From contig CBFGIT010000010.1 of NCBI GenBank assembly GCA_965648905.1, positions 1 through 64,000 of the forward strand: a DNA stretch of 64,000 bases, in the 5' to 3' direction. The stretch is from a candidate division WOR-3 bacterium (GTDB lineage Bacteria; Hydrothermota; Tepidihabitantia; Tepidihabitantales; Tepidihabitantaceae). Shown here piece by piece: positions 47,470 to 56,858 of this stretch. The first letter of the stretch is position 1; the number at the start of each line of letters is the position of its first letter. A program made the position numbers and the translations under genes. Under the pieces are notes generated by a model. That model was not told the DNA's origin, did no database searches, and worked only from the letters and a program-made list of their open reading frames with translations.

Positions 47470-48597
47470 TCACGAGCCGGCTGCCAACAGGCAGCGGGCT
47501 GCGGTGTCGGCACCAGTAAGAGAGAAACGGCCAAACCCGAGTTCTGCCATTCGGACCAACTGGCCTGACTGCCTGAGTTGGGTCAATGTCTGGGCAAGTC
47601 CATGCGCTTCGGCCATGGTACGCACTGGTTGACATACTCCCTGTCCCATGGCAAACGCCATGTTCTCCGGTGCGAATGGACCGATGTTGGGCAGCAGTGC
47701 AAACATGGGCAGGCCGAGTCCGACTGCCCAGTTGGTGCGTTCGTGCGCCGCAGCGACCATCACGTCGAGATTGGGCAGCAGCCTGACCGTGCGTGCGGTC
47801 TCAGTCTGCGGGCTGTCAGCCCAGACGATTTGCGAACCGTCTTCAGCAACTCCGAGCCGGCTCAGAATTGCCCGTAGTCTGGCCGCACGCAGCCAGCCGC
47901 TGCCCCAGAACAGAATCGTCTTGTGCCCGGCACGGGTCAACGAGACGGTGGCGGCGATGATGCGGTTGACATGGGGACGCGGGTATGCACCAGAGGAGAA
48001 GAGACCAACGGTCAACGGAGCTTCTGACCGCAGGCGCGCGACCCGGGCCAGAAATGCAGCCTCGGCACCGGGCAGCAGGTCAGGCTCGACCACGAGTCCG
48101 GTGACCGTCATGTTCTCGCGTCTGACCCCGTGTGCTGTAAGACGCGAAGCGGTGTGTTCAAGCGGCACGAATGTCTGCCACGCCTCGGGTACGGCTGCGC
48201 TTGCCGGTGTGGCAATCTCGCCGTGCAGGTAGGCGACCCTGCAGGTTCGGCACAGGATGTGGGCGAGAAGAGGATGGTCAACCAGACAGACACCACTGTA
48301 GCCAGTCAGCTCTTGTCTGAGTTGTGAGCCGAGCGCGGCGAGCGACAGCCCGGATGGGTTTGCACCAGACCGGCGCAAGAGGTTGTACAGCCAGGTTGCC
48401 GGGCCGCCGAGGCCTCCAAGCCGATAGCCCGCGCGCAGTGCCTGCCAAGCCAGGTTATCCAATCTTCTGCTGACTCGACGGATCGAGCAGGCAGGGTTGA
48501 CTGCTGCCAGCGCCCGGAGTACCGCGTCCAAGTAGCCCGGGTGCCCCCGGCCGATGCCAGAGCAGGCCACAGTGAGTTCGGGAGCCTGCGTCGGCAT
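47470..48597 (-). CDS. Putative glycosyltransferase (GT28/MurG-MGDG-synthase-like fold)
   Basis: Weak similarity to GT-B C-terminal domain (..PNLDVMVAAAHERTNWAVGLGLPM..); function uncertain. Confidence 0.4.
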   Translation of the reverse strand: MPTQAPELTVACSGIGRGHPGYLDAVLRALAAVNPACSIRRVSRRLDNLAWQALRAGYRLGGLGGPATWLYNLLRRSGANPSGLSLAALGSQLRQELTGYSGVCLVDHPLLAHILCRTCRVAYLHGEIATPASAAVPEAWQTFVPLEHTASRLTAHGVRRENMTVTGLVVEPDLLPGAEAAFLARVARLRSEAPLTVGLFSSGAYPRPHVNRIIAATVSLTRAGHKTILFWGSGWLRAARLRAILSRLGVAEDGSQIVWADSPQTETARTVRLLPNLDVMVAAAHERTNWAVGLGLPMFALLPNIGPFAPENMAFAMGQGVCQPVRTMAEAHGLAQTLTQLRQSGQLVRMAELGFGRFSLTGADTAARCLLAAGS

Positions 48598-48600
48598 CGG

Positions 48601-49461
48601 CTACGAACCGTTGGCCAGGGTAGTCGGAGGATTGCGGTCAGCCAGTGCTTGGCCCTGAGTTTGACAGCCTGGGCAGTAGCTGGTCAGCATCCGTCCGTCG
48701 TGCACGACTCTGACGACCGAACCGCAGCGCGAACAAGGTTCTCCCTGCCGGCGATGGATCTTGAGAAACGGCCGGTCTGACTCACTTGGCAGGCGGTCTG
48801 GAGGCAGGGATCGGTGGTGGACGACGGCTATCCCGAGGACCTTCTTCAGAGCAGAGTGCAGTCGGATGACCGCCTCGCGCTTCAATTCGAGTGTGGTCTG
48901 GAACGGCGACAACCGGGCTTCAAACAGGACTTCGTCCGCATACGCGCTGCCGACACCGGCCAGGATGCGCTTGTCGGTCAGCACGTGCCGGATTGGGCGA
49001 TTCCGCCGGCTGAGCACGGTAGTGAAACGGTTGAGGGTGAAGGCCGGACTAAGTGGGTCAAGACCTGGCTCGGTACGGTGTGGAATTGTGTCCAAGTTCT
49101 GTACCAGGTACGCGGCAAGTCGAGGCGGTCGGCCTGGGTCGGTTGCGCCTACACCGGCATGGCCTTCAAAGTGGATGACGATGCAGCTTGAGCCCGGGCG
49201 GGTGGAGCCGGACCGAACTAGCTCCAGCCGGCCGCCGCGGGTGAAATCAAGGTCCAGGTGTAGGCCGGTGCCGAAGTCAAAGGTGAGATGCTGACCCTGA
49301 CGGGTGATGTTACTCACGTGAGCCGAGCACAGGGATTCAAGCGGTGCTGTCTGTCTCTTCATCACCGAACGTTGGAGCAATAGTGCGCCACTGACTTTGC
49401 GGCCGACAAGAGCTGGTCGCAGTCGCTCGCGAATGATGTCGAGTTCGGGCAACTCAAGCAT
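48601..49461 (-). CDS. Formamidopyrimidine-DNA glycosylase / endonuclease VIII family (Fpg/Nei)
   Basis: N-terminal MLELPEL.. (Fpg-type), H2TH region, C-terminal zinc finger CSRCGSVVRVVHDGRMLTSYCPGC. Confidence 0.8.
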   Translation of the reverse strand: MLELPELDIIRERLRPALVGRKVSGALLLQRSVMKRQTAPLESLCSAHVSNITRQGQHLTFDFGTGLHLDLDFTRGGRLELVRSGSTRPGSSCIVIHFEGHAGVGATDPGRPPRLAAYLVQNLDTIPHRTEPGLDPLSPAFTLNRFTTVLSRRNRPIRHVLTDKRILAGVGSAYADEVLFEARLSPFQTTLELKREAVIRLHSALKKVLGIAVVHHRSLPPDRLPSESDRPFLKIHRRQGEPCSRCGSVVRVVHDGRMLTSYCPGCQTQGQALADRNPPTTLANGS

Positions 49462-49631
49462 GTATGAAGATAGAGCCGAATCGCAAGTGAGTCAAACCGG
49501 GACGGCTTCAGATTGTCGCGCTTGACTTCGGCTCGGCGCTCGCTATCCTGTATATGTCCTCGGTCATGAACGAGGACTCAAAGCAAGAGAGCCGCAGGGC
49601 GGCTCCTTCTGTTTTTCCTGAGCGCGTTGGT

Positions 49632-50384
49632 CTAGTACTCGCCGCGGTTGAAGAAATAGACCGCGGCTCCAGTTGCGACCGCGCCAAACACCACCAGGAA
49701 CCCAAGGTCGAACCACACCGGATAGAACCCGAATCCAAGTACCAGCCGTCTGACCAGGTCCACGCCGTAGGTTAGTGGGTTCAGGCGCACGAGCACATCG
49801 AGCCAGGAAGGCAGGCCGCGCATCGGGAAAAGTGCGCCCGAAAGGAACCACATCGGCATGATGACGAAGTTCATGATTGTACCGAATCCCTGGAACGAAG
49901 TCATGCGGGCGGCGATGACGATGCCGATGCCGGTGAGGGAGAATGACATCAGGGCCATCACCAGCATCAGCGGCACGATGTTCGGAAGCGGCAGGCGGAC
50001 GTGGACGAGCGGGGCGAGGAGCATGATGATGCTGCCTTGGATGAGCGAAAGCGTGGTGCCGGCAAGGCCCTTGCCGATTACGATTGACGTGCGCGGAACC
50101 GGCGCAACCAGAATCTCCTTGAGAAAGCCGAACTCTCGGTCCCAGATGATACTGATGGCCGACTGAATCGACGTGAAGATTGTGGTCATTGCGATGATGC
50201 CCGGGAAGATGAATTGGGTATAGTTGACGTTCTCAACCCGGCCGTACGAGCCACGCAGGCCCATGCCGAGGATGAAGAGCCAGAGGGCGGGTCGGGCGAG
50301 CGAGCCGTAGAGTTGGCTCCTTTCTCGGAAGTAGCGAATGAAGTCCCGTAACCAGATCATGTAGATGCAGGCAAAGTCAATCAT
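49632..50384 (-). CDS. ABC-2 type transporter permease
   Basis: Six-TM ABC-2 permease; start trimmed to MIDFACIY.. because longer ORF-track N-terminus overlaps ATPase gene. Confidence 0.7.
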   Translation of the reverse strand: MIDFACIYMIWLRDFIRYFRERSQLYGSLARPALWLFILGMGLRGSYGRVENVNYTQFIFPGIIAMTTIFTSIQSAISIIWDREFGFLKEILVAPVPRTSIVIGKGLAGTTLSLIQGSIIMLLAPLVHVRLPLPNIVPLMLVMALMSFSLTGIGIVIAARMTSFQGFGTIMNFVIMPMWFLSGALFPMRGLPSWLDVLVRLNPLTYGVDLVRRLVLGFGFYPVWFDLGFLVVFGAVATGAAVYFFNRGEY

Positions 50385-50463
50385 ACGCGGACGACCCCGG
50401 AAGTGAACTTCGAGGATGCAGGGAACGGAACGAATGAAGGCCCTGGATTCCGACTTCGCTCGG

Positions 50464-51474
50464 TCATCGCCACGCCCTTCCCATACGACGCAAGCGAGTC
50501 TTGAGTTTCTCACGACCCGAAGCTTCGTCGTCGCGGATTTCCCGGCCGGTGAGTCTGAGGAAGACGTCGTCCAGAGTCGGCGGGTGAACCGACACCGCAA
50601 ACACCGGCACCGACAGTTCGTGTATGAGCTTCGGCACGAACTCGGCTCCGTTCTTGACCTCAAAGCGCACGCCTTCGTTGTCCACCATTACCGGTGTGGG
50701 ATGTGCTCTGTCGACAAGTCCTGTGTTGAGCAGTTGGCGTACTTCGGCCGCGGCCTTCTCATTATCGCTGGTCGACAGGCGAATGCGGTCACCCTGCACC
50801 TGCTCTTTGAGGCGCGCCGGCGTATCCAAGGCGACTATCCGACCGTGGTCAATGATGGCAATCCGGTCGCAGTATTCGGCTTCATCCATGTAGTGGGTCG
50901 TCAGGAAGAGGGTCATGTTCCGCTCACGGCGGAGCGTCATCAGTCGCTCCCAGATACGGTTGCGCGTCTGCGGGTCAAGGCCCAGTGTCGGTTCGTCGAG
51001 GAAGAACACCCGCGGTTCATGCAGCAGTCCACGGCCGATTTCCAACCGGCGTTTCATCCCGCCCGAGTAGTTCCGCACTAGGTCATCAGCCCGGTCTTCA
51101 AGTTTCATCCAATTGAGTGCGTCAGCGATTCGCTGTCTAAGTTCGGATTTCGGCACCCGGTAGACCATGGCGTGGAACCGCAGGTTTTCACGTGCGGTCA
51201 GTCGGTCGTCGAGCGACGGGTCCTGGAAGATGATACCGATCGACTTCCGCACCTGGTTGTGCTCGCGGACAACGTCGTGTCCGGCTACCTCTGCCTGACC
51301 CGCACTCGGACGGGTGAGGGTACAGAGCATGCGCACGGTTGTGGTCTTGCCTGCGCCGTTTGGTCCGAGAAACCCGAATACCTCGCCGGGCTGTACAGCG
51401 AACGATATGTGGTCAACAGCCAGCAAGCCCTTGAATTCCTTGGTCAGACTGTCGACTCGGATGATCGGTGGCAT
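50464..51474 (-). CDS. ABC transporter ATP-binding protein (ABC-2/DrrA-like exporter ATPase)
   Basis: Walker A GPNGAGKTT, signature YSGGMKRRL, Walker B VFFLDEPT. Confidence 0.85.
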   Translation of the reverse strand: MPPIIRVDSLTKEFKGLLAVDHISFAVQPGEVFGFLGPNGAGKTTTVRMLCTLTRPSAGQAEVAGHDVVREHNQVRKSIGIIFQDPSLDDRLTARENLRFHAMVYRVPKSELRQRIADALNWMKLEDRADDLVRNYSGGMKRRLEIGRGLLHEPRVFFLDEPTLGLDPQTRNRIWERLMTLRRERNMTLFLTTHYMDEAEYCDRIAIIDHGRIVALDTPARLKEQVQGDRIRLSTSDNEKAAAEVRQLLNTGLVDRAHPTPVMVDNEGVRFEVKNGAEFVPKLIHELSVPVFAVSVHPPTLDDVFLRLTGREIRDDEASGREKLKTRLRRMGRAWR

Positions 51475-51480
51475 CGTCCG

Positions 51481-52362
51481 TTATCCGGCCGGTTCAACCT
51501 TCTTCTGCACGTCTACTGCCGCCAGGTAGATGCCGGCACAGATGACCGCACCGCCCACGGCTTCGTATGGTGTCGGTGCCTGTCTGAGCAGAGCCCAGGC
51601 GAGCAGCGTTGTTCCGACCGGCTCGCCGAGCACAGCCATGGCCACGGTCGGCGCCGATACGTACCTGAGCGCCCAGTTGAAGCTCGTGTGTCCGAGCAAC
51701 TGAGGACCGAGGCCGAGCAGGATGATGAAGAGCCACGCTTTCGGGTCGGATACCCGGACGCCTCTTGTGAGCATCGCCACGACCAGCAGTGCCGCCGCGA
51801 TACTGTAGACAACGTAGATGTATGAGACGAGCGACAGATTCGGCCGTACGCGTCTGCCAGCCATGAGATAGCCGCCGGCACAGGCCGCACCGGCCAAAGC
51901 CAACAGGTTGCCGACAGTAGTGCCGGGTGACTTGAGCGCGGGCCCGGCAATGACCGCAGCGCCGAGCAGACCGAGCACCACTGCAAGCACGATGCGCCAC
52001 GATATCCTCTCCTCGAGCGCCAGCGGTGACAGGGCCGCGACAAAGATCGGGTTCATGGCCACGAGTACAACCGACGAGGCGACCGAGGTTCGATTCAGAG
52101 ACTCTATCCAAAATGCGAAGTGGGCGGCGAGCAGTAGCCCGGCGAGAGCCATCGGCCCCAGCGGTACCCTGCGCAGCTCGGACCGGCGCTCGGTCGGCCG
52201 GGTCCAGAAGAACGGTGAGAGTACCAGCGCGGCAACGACCATACGTCCGGCGGCAATCACGATGCTCGGCGCGGGCGTGACTTTGATGATGATGGACGCG
52301 AATGACAAGACCACGATACCGGCGCCCAGACCGGCGAGTACACGCATGCGAGACACAGCCAA
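51481..52362 (-). CDS. EamA/DMT superfamily transporter
   Basis: Ten predicted TM helices in two EamA-like repeats. Confidence 0.75.
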   Translation of the reverse strand: MAVSRMRVLAGLGAGIVVLSFASIIIKVTPAPSIVIAAGRMVVAALVLSPFFWTRPTERRSELRRVPLGPMALAGLLLAAHFAFWIESLNRTSVASSVVLVAMNPIFVAALSPLALEERISWRIVLAVVLGLLGAAVIAGPALKSPGTTVGNLLALAGAACAGGYLMAGRRVRPNLSLVSYIYVVYSIAAALLVVAMLTRGVRVSDPKAWLFIILLGLGPQLLGHTSFNWALRYVSAPTVAMAVLGEPVGTTLLAWALLRQAPTPYEAVGGAVICAGIYLAAVDVQKKVEPAG

Positions 52363-52443
52363 GGAGTAACTTTGTCCGGCATCCGTGCAAAGTCAAGGAC
52401 AACCTGTGGCTTGACCGTCGAGGCTGCTGCCCTATACTCGGAC

Positions 52444-53403
52444 ATGATTCGTTGCTCCCTGGTTGTTCTGCTCGTTGCGCCGGCATGGGCGTGGTTTGGC
52501 TCGTCAGCAACCGGCTACACGTTCATGAAGATTGGGGTCGGTGCCCGGCCGGTCGCGATGGGCGGCGCATACACCGCGGTGGCAGACGATGCCAACGCCA
52601 TGTTCTGGAATGCGGCCGGGCTCGCCTTCGGACAGGACCTCTCAGCCAGTGCCACCATCATGGGGCTGTTCCAGTCGGTCACGTACACCTCGGCCGGACT
52701 TGCGGCATCGCCTGTGAGGAACGTTGGCATCGGCGCGGCAGGCGCATACCTGAATGCGACCGATACCCGCCGCGACGAGCACGGTGAAGAGACTGGCACG
52801 TTCGGCGTGTCGGATTTCGTCGTCGGTCCGGCCGCGGCCTGGATGCCGGTCAGAAACCTGGGCATGGGCCTGGGGGCACGCTATGTCGCCAGCCGGATAG
52901 ACAGCTTCGCGGCCTACTCAGCGTCACTTGACGCCGGAGTCATCTACCGGCCGGTCGGCTTTCTGACATTCGGAGCAAGCCTGCTTCATGTCGGCCCGCC
53001 CCGTAAGTTCATCGCCGACTGGGAGCACCAGCCGACGAACCTGCGTACCGGCGTCGCGCTGAAGTTCCCGTTCTCCCGAAACCACATCATTGTGGCCTCT
53101 GACCTGTCCGTGTTGCCGGACTACGGGCCGACCATCTCGGTAGGCGGCGAGCTACACATCACTATGCAGACCAAGGGCCGCGAGGCGACCGGGGAACATG
53201 GGTTCGCCATCAGAGCCGGCTATCAATCCGGCGCACACGTTGGCACCTGGTCGGGGTTCTCACTTGGCATGGGCTATGAGTACCCGATTGCGCCCGGTCT
53301 CTCACTCGGCGTGGACCTCGTCTATCTCTCCTACGGTCTGCTTGGTTCATCCGAACGCGCTTCGGTCGGTCTCAAGTACGCCCGGCCCAAACGTCGGCGT
53401 TAG
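52444..53403 (+). CDS. FadL-like outer-membrane beta-barrel protein (PorV/PorQ-like)
   Basis: Signal peptide MIRCSLVVLLVAPAWA; N-terminal hatch motif GARPVAMGGAYTAVADDANAMFWNAAGLA resembling FadL [26 protein letters not shown]. Confidence 0.55.
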   Translation: MIRCSLVVLLVAPAWAWFGSSATGYTFMKIGVGARPVAMGGAYTAVADDANAMFWNAAGLAFGQDLSASATIMGLFQSVTYTSAGLAASPVRNVGIGAAGAYLNATDTRRDEHGEETGTFGVSDFVVGPAAAWMPVRNLGMGLGARYVASRIDSFAAYSASLDAGVIYRPVGFLTFGASLLHVGPPRKFIADWEHQPTNLRTGVALKFPFSRNHIIVASDLSVLPDYGPTISVGGELHITMQTKGREATGEHGFAIRAGYQSGAHVGTWSGFSLGMGYEYPIAPGLSLGVDLVYLSYGLLGSSERASVGLKYARPKRRR

Positions 53404-53645
53404 GCTGACGCAAACGGCAGAAGCCCAGGCAAAGGTGTTTTCTCTTGTCCGTCTCTCGCCTGACGTCGCTGGCTGGGAGACAGCCATGCATGCGTGAGTG
53501 CCACTTCCGCGGTCGCGCCTGCCCGGTGAATCTGTCATCGACGTTTCAAGTGACCGGCGACTGAGCATGGGAGGCCGACCCGGCCAGCGCTCTTGCTCAG
53601 TACTCGGTTCGGGTGCGGACGGTCACACCGCGCCGAGCGGGTCTG

Positions 53646-54659
53646 CTACTTCTTCTTGTACCCGTCAGGTACTTCGAATTCCGTCACGGATACGTCGGTG
53701 ACAACAACGGACTTGACCTCGTGGTAGGACGAGAAGAGGACGTCCGACTTGTCCTTGGGCGGCTCTTTGACAATTGCCTTGGCAATCTTGCCGGCGAGCA
53801 TGCCGCCGAGCCCGCCTGAAGGAGCCGGCTCCTCTTCATCTTCGTGGGCCTTGGTTCGAGCGGCTGAGTCCGCTTTCACCCGCCAGGTGACTTCGGTGAC
53901 AATCGGGTAACCTTCGACCTTGGCGAGCTCTCGGGCCGCCTTCTCAAAGCTCCGCGCCGCATCCTGTGAGCTAACACCGTAGGTCATGGTCAGAAGACCA
54001 AGACCCATCTGCTGCATCTGTTCAGTTGTAACCTCAAGGCCCATCTTCCTGGCAAGCTTCCGGCTGAACTCGGCCTCGACCGCCTGTGCTTTCTTGAGAT
54101 TCTCGGTCGAGGGCGTGTTCCACATATCCGTGGTCATTACTTGGCCGACTCTCTCTCTGCTGACCGTGTCTTCAAGTTCCAGTTCCCAGGTCATCAGGTA
54201 CTCGGTGCAAGGGAACCCATTGATATCTTTCGTCTTGCCGGTCTTCTCGACCTTGAACTCCGACTTGGTGACACGGTGGCGCGAGGCAGGCACGCTGCCT
54301 TCGGTTGTCGCCTCGGCCTTCGTGTTCGAGAGCTCTTCCTCGGTCGGGGGCTTGATAGGTCGTTCGGTGTAGCTCTTGCTTCCGTGGTCGACATCCCAGA
54401 TGAGGTCTTTGTCCAGCCGGGTTATCTCAGTCTGTTTTCGCGGCTTGCCGGCCAGCGCGCCGACTACGCCGCCGACCATCTTGACGGTCTGGGCAGCGGC
54501 TTTCATGTCGCCATGGAAGGCGTTCTGGGACGTAATTTCGACGTTGCCGATGCCGGCCAAGAGCGACGTGCGGGTGAACGTCTCGGTCTTGAGGTCAGCC
54601 CAGGCTGTGCCGGCGAGAATCACGAGCAGGGCTGCTGCGGTCGTAATGGTCTTCTTCAA
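53646..54659 (-). CDS. Secreted hypothetical protein (DUF4412-like periplasmic protein)
   Basis: Signal peptide MKKTITTAAALLVILAGTAWA; charged, K/E-rich; no catalytic motifs. Confidence 0.5.
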   Translation of the reverse strand: MKKTITTAAALLVILAGTAWADLKTETFTRTSLLAGIGNVEITSQNAFHGDMKAAAQTVKMVGGVVGALAGKPRKQTEITRLDKDLIWDVDHGSKSYTERPIKPPTEEELSNTKAEATTEGSVPASRHRVTKSEFKVEKTGKTKDINGFPCTEYLMTWELELEDTVSRERVGQVMTTDMWNTPSTENLKKAQAVEAEFSRKLARKMGLEVTTEQMQQMGLGLLTMTYGVSSQDAARSFEKAARELAKVEGYPIVTEVTWRVKADSAARTKAHEDEEEPAPSGGLGGMLAGKIAKAIVKEPPKDKSDVLFSSYHEVKSVVVTDVSVTEFEVPDGYKKK

Positions 54660-54789
54660 AGTGGTTCTCCTTGGCAGGGATTATAGACGCTTGGCCGGCT
54701 CGGTCAACCTCACAGGTGCGGCTGCGCCGGCCGCTGTCCGTCTGACACGAGTCGTCACGCCCGGCCCTGGCTGCGACCGACCCGACGCA

Positions 54790-55050
54790 TCCGCTTGACG
54801 TAAAGCCGCACCGCGGCCCCGAACTTGCGCCAGCTCGCCCGCTGGAACAGCTTGCCGAGCAGCGCTTGCACTCCGGCCCATCATCTGAACCGGTGGCGGA
54901 TGATGCGCAGTCTGATGGCCGAGAGTTCATCGACGCCAAGCCCGGGCTGCAGGAGCAGAGGAATCGATGGGTCCTGACTCAGGTCGACAAGGCGCGGGCC
55001 AGAGTACTCCTCGCTCCACGAGAAGCCGGCAGGCAGCAGGCCGCGTTCAG
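54790..55050. repeat. Direct repeat copy A (degenerate duplicate of 3' end of rSAM gene at 59068-59335)
   Basis: About 260 bp, roughly 90% identical to 59068-59335 by eye (ccgaacttgcgccagctcgcccgctggaacagcttgccgagcagcg...ggcagcaggccg). Confidence 0.8.
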
Positions 55051-56810
55051 CGCTGGATGACAAGCTTCTGTGCGGCCTGGTGGCCTTGCGCCTCCAGCCG
55101 CACGAAGTAGACACCGTCAGGGAGTGCCGCGCCCAGCGGGACGGAGTACCGACCCGGCGTGTGCCTACCTGACGCCAGTTCGGCCACAACCCGTCCCGCC
55201 GCGTCGAACAGGCATAGCCTGACCTCTGCCGACTTCGGCACATCGTAGCAGGCCATCGCTCTGCCAGGAGCCGGGCTTGGACTGACGGACAAGGCCCAGT
55301 CGGCCGGAGCCGCGACCGGAGCCTCGCAAGCCCCCACTGGCGCAATCTGGAAAGCCTGATGTGACTCGTCAAACTGCCAGCCAGGCCCGTAGGCGATGGC
55401 CAGAATCTTGGCCCAGGCGAGCGTCGTTTCCGGCACGACCCAGACGTAGCTTGATTCGCTCGGTGCAAGTCCGGTCGCAATCGTATCCAGCCGCCAGAAC
55501 CACTCACCAGTCGGCACGATTGTATCGGTCAACAGGAACAACGACACCGAATCGCACCTCGGGGGCTGAAACAGCCGCCAGCGAATCTCGCACGTGTCGC
55601 CCGAGCGAAGGAAGTGGTTCGTGTCCGGGCTGAGCACCCGGATGCACTCGACCTCCAGCACGAAGCTCTGCCCGTGCCCGCCGACCAATATCTCCTTGTA
55701 TCCGTTCCGGTTGAAGTCGGCCGCATTGCACATGCTGAAGATCCCCTGGCCAAATCCGCCATCGCAGACTCTCTCATACTGGTGCGGCCCGGTGGCCTTC
55801 AAGATGATGATCCGGTATCCACAGCCCCAGATGACCTCGTCCAGGCTGTCTCCGTCCACGTCGGCACACAGACTCTGGCCGCAGTAAGGCTCGTAGACGC
55901 TTGACGCTGTATCGACTGTGTCGCAGAAGTACTGATGCTCGAAAGGAGCCTCGACCTGGCAGAGGGTTTGTGAGTACCTCAGGCCACCCAGATTTCCGCT
56001 AACCACGTCGAAGTACTCAGGTCTTCCGTTGTGGTCCACGTCGCGCCCGGAAAACCTGTCGTTGTCTCCCCAGGAGCCGGTATACACTGAGCAGACCCGT
56101 TCGTACCGATTGTCGCCAATGCACTCAACTACATGGTCCCCGCGGAAATTCCCGTTGCCGAACGCATAGTCGGTTCGGCCATTCTGGTCGAAGTCGCCTA
56201 TCACCGGCAGCGACCATACATAAGAGCGCGGGGCTGTACAGACCAGGCTTTCGCGGTCGTTGCCCACGTTCTCGAAGACCGCAGTGGATTCCACTCCCCA
56301 AGGGGTTACGATGTCCCAGGCCGAGTCTCCATCAAGATTCGAGCAGAGCGCCGGACAGGCGGCGGCGCTGTTTGGGGTCGGAATCCACCAAACCAGGGAG
56401 TCGGGGTGGGAGCGAGCGTCCCGACTCTCGAATATGCAGAGCGCCATCCTGTACCCGCTTCCACTGTCATATCCTGCCTCGCCTACGACTTCGAGCAGGC
56501 CGTCCCGGTCTACATCACAGACATCGTAGGGCCTCAAGTTCCCGAGCAGAATGCTCTCGCCAGAAGGGTAATGCCCCGTATCCGAGATGACGAGGTCGTA
56601 CCGGTTGACCGGCCTATACTCGGCCATCTGGAAGAGCCGACCGGGGTTGTGGATGACCTCTCCCAGACTATCGTGGTCTGTGTCGGTGGTCAGCAGCCTA
56701 TCAAGGGGATTGCTGGCGGCCAGGGGCAGGTCCGCAATCCGAACTAGAGCGAGTTCTGTCGCGGAGGCAACGGTGATGCCCGACAGGACGATGCCTAGGA
56801 GGGTTTTCAT
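55047..56810 (-). CDS. FG-GAP/VCBS repeat protein with T9SS C-terminal sorting domain
   Basis: Signal peptide; repeated DxDxDG/FG-GAP-like units (DVDGDS, DFDQNGRTDYAFGN, DVDHNGRPEY); CTD ...GVYFVRLEAQGHQAAQKLVIQR. Confidence 0.65.
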   Translation of the reverse strand: MKTLLGIVLSGITVASATELALVRIADLPLAASNPLDRLLTTDTDHDSLGEVIHNPGRLFQMAEYRPVNRYDLVISDTGHYPSGESILLGNLRPYDVCDVDRDGLLEVVGEAGYDSGSGYRMALCIFESRDARSHPDSLVWWIPTPNSAAACPALCSNLDGDSAWDIVTPWGVESTAVFENVGNDRESLVCTAPRSYVWSLPVIGDFDQNGRTDYAFGNGNFRGDHVVECIGDNRYERVCSVYTGSWGDNDRFSGRDVDHNGRPEYFDVVSGNLGGLRYSQTLCQVEAPFEHQYFCDTVDTASSVYEPYCGQSLCADVDGDSLDEVIWGCGYRIIILKATGPHQYERVCDGGFGQGIFSMCNAADFNRNGYKEILVGGHGQSFVLEVECIRVLSPDTNHFLRSGDTCEIRWRLFQPPRCDSVSLFLLTDTIVPTGEWFWRLDTIATGLAPSESSYVWVVPETTLAWAKILAIAYGPGWQFDESHQAFQIAPVGACEAPVAAPADWALSVSPSPAPGRAMACYDVPKSAEVRLCLFDAAGRVVAELASGRHTPGRYSVPLGAALPDGVYFVRLEAQGHQAAQKLVIQR

Positions 56811-56858
56811 GTCGGCGCGGGGCGGGGAGGATCCCTCCCCGCCCCAGACCTTGACTAC

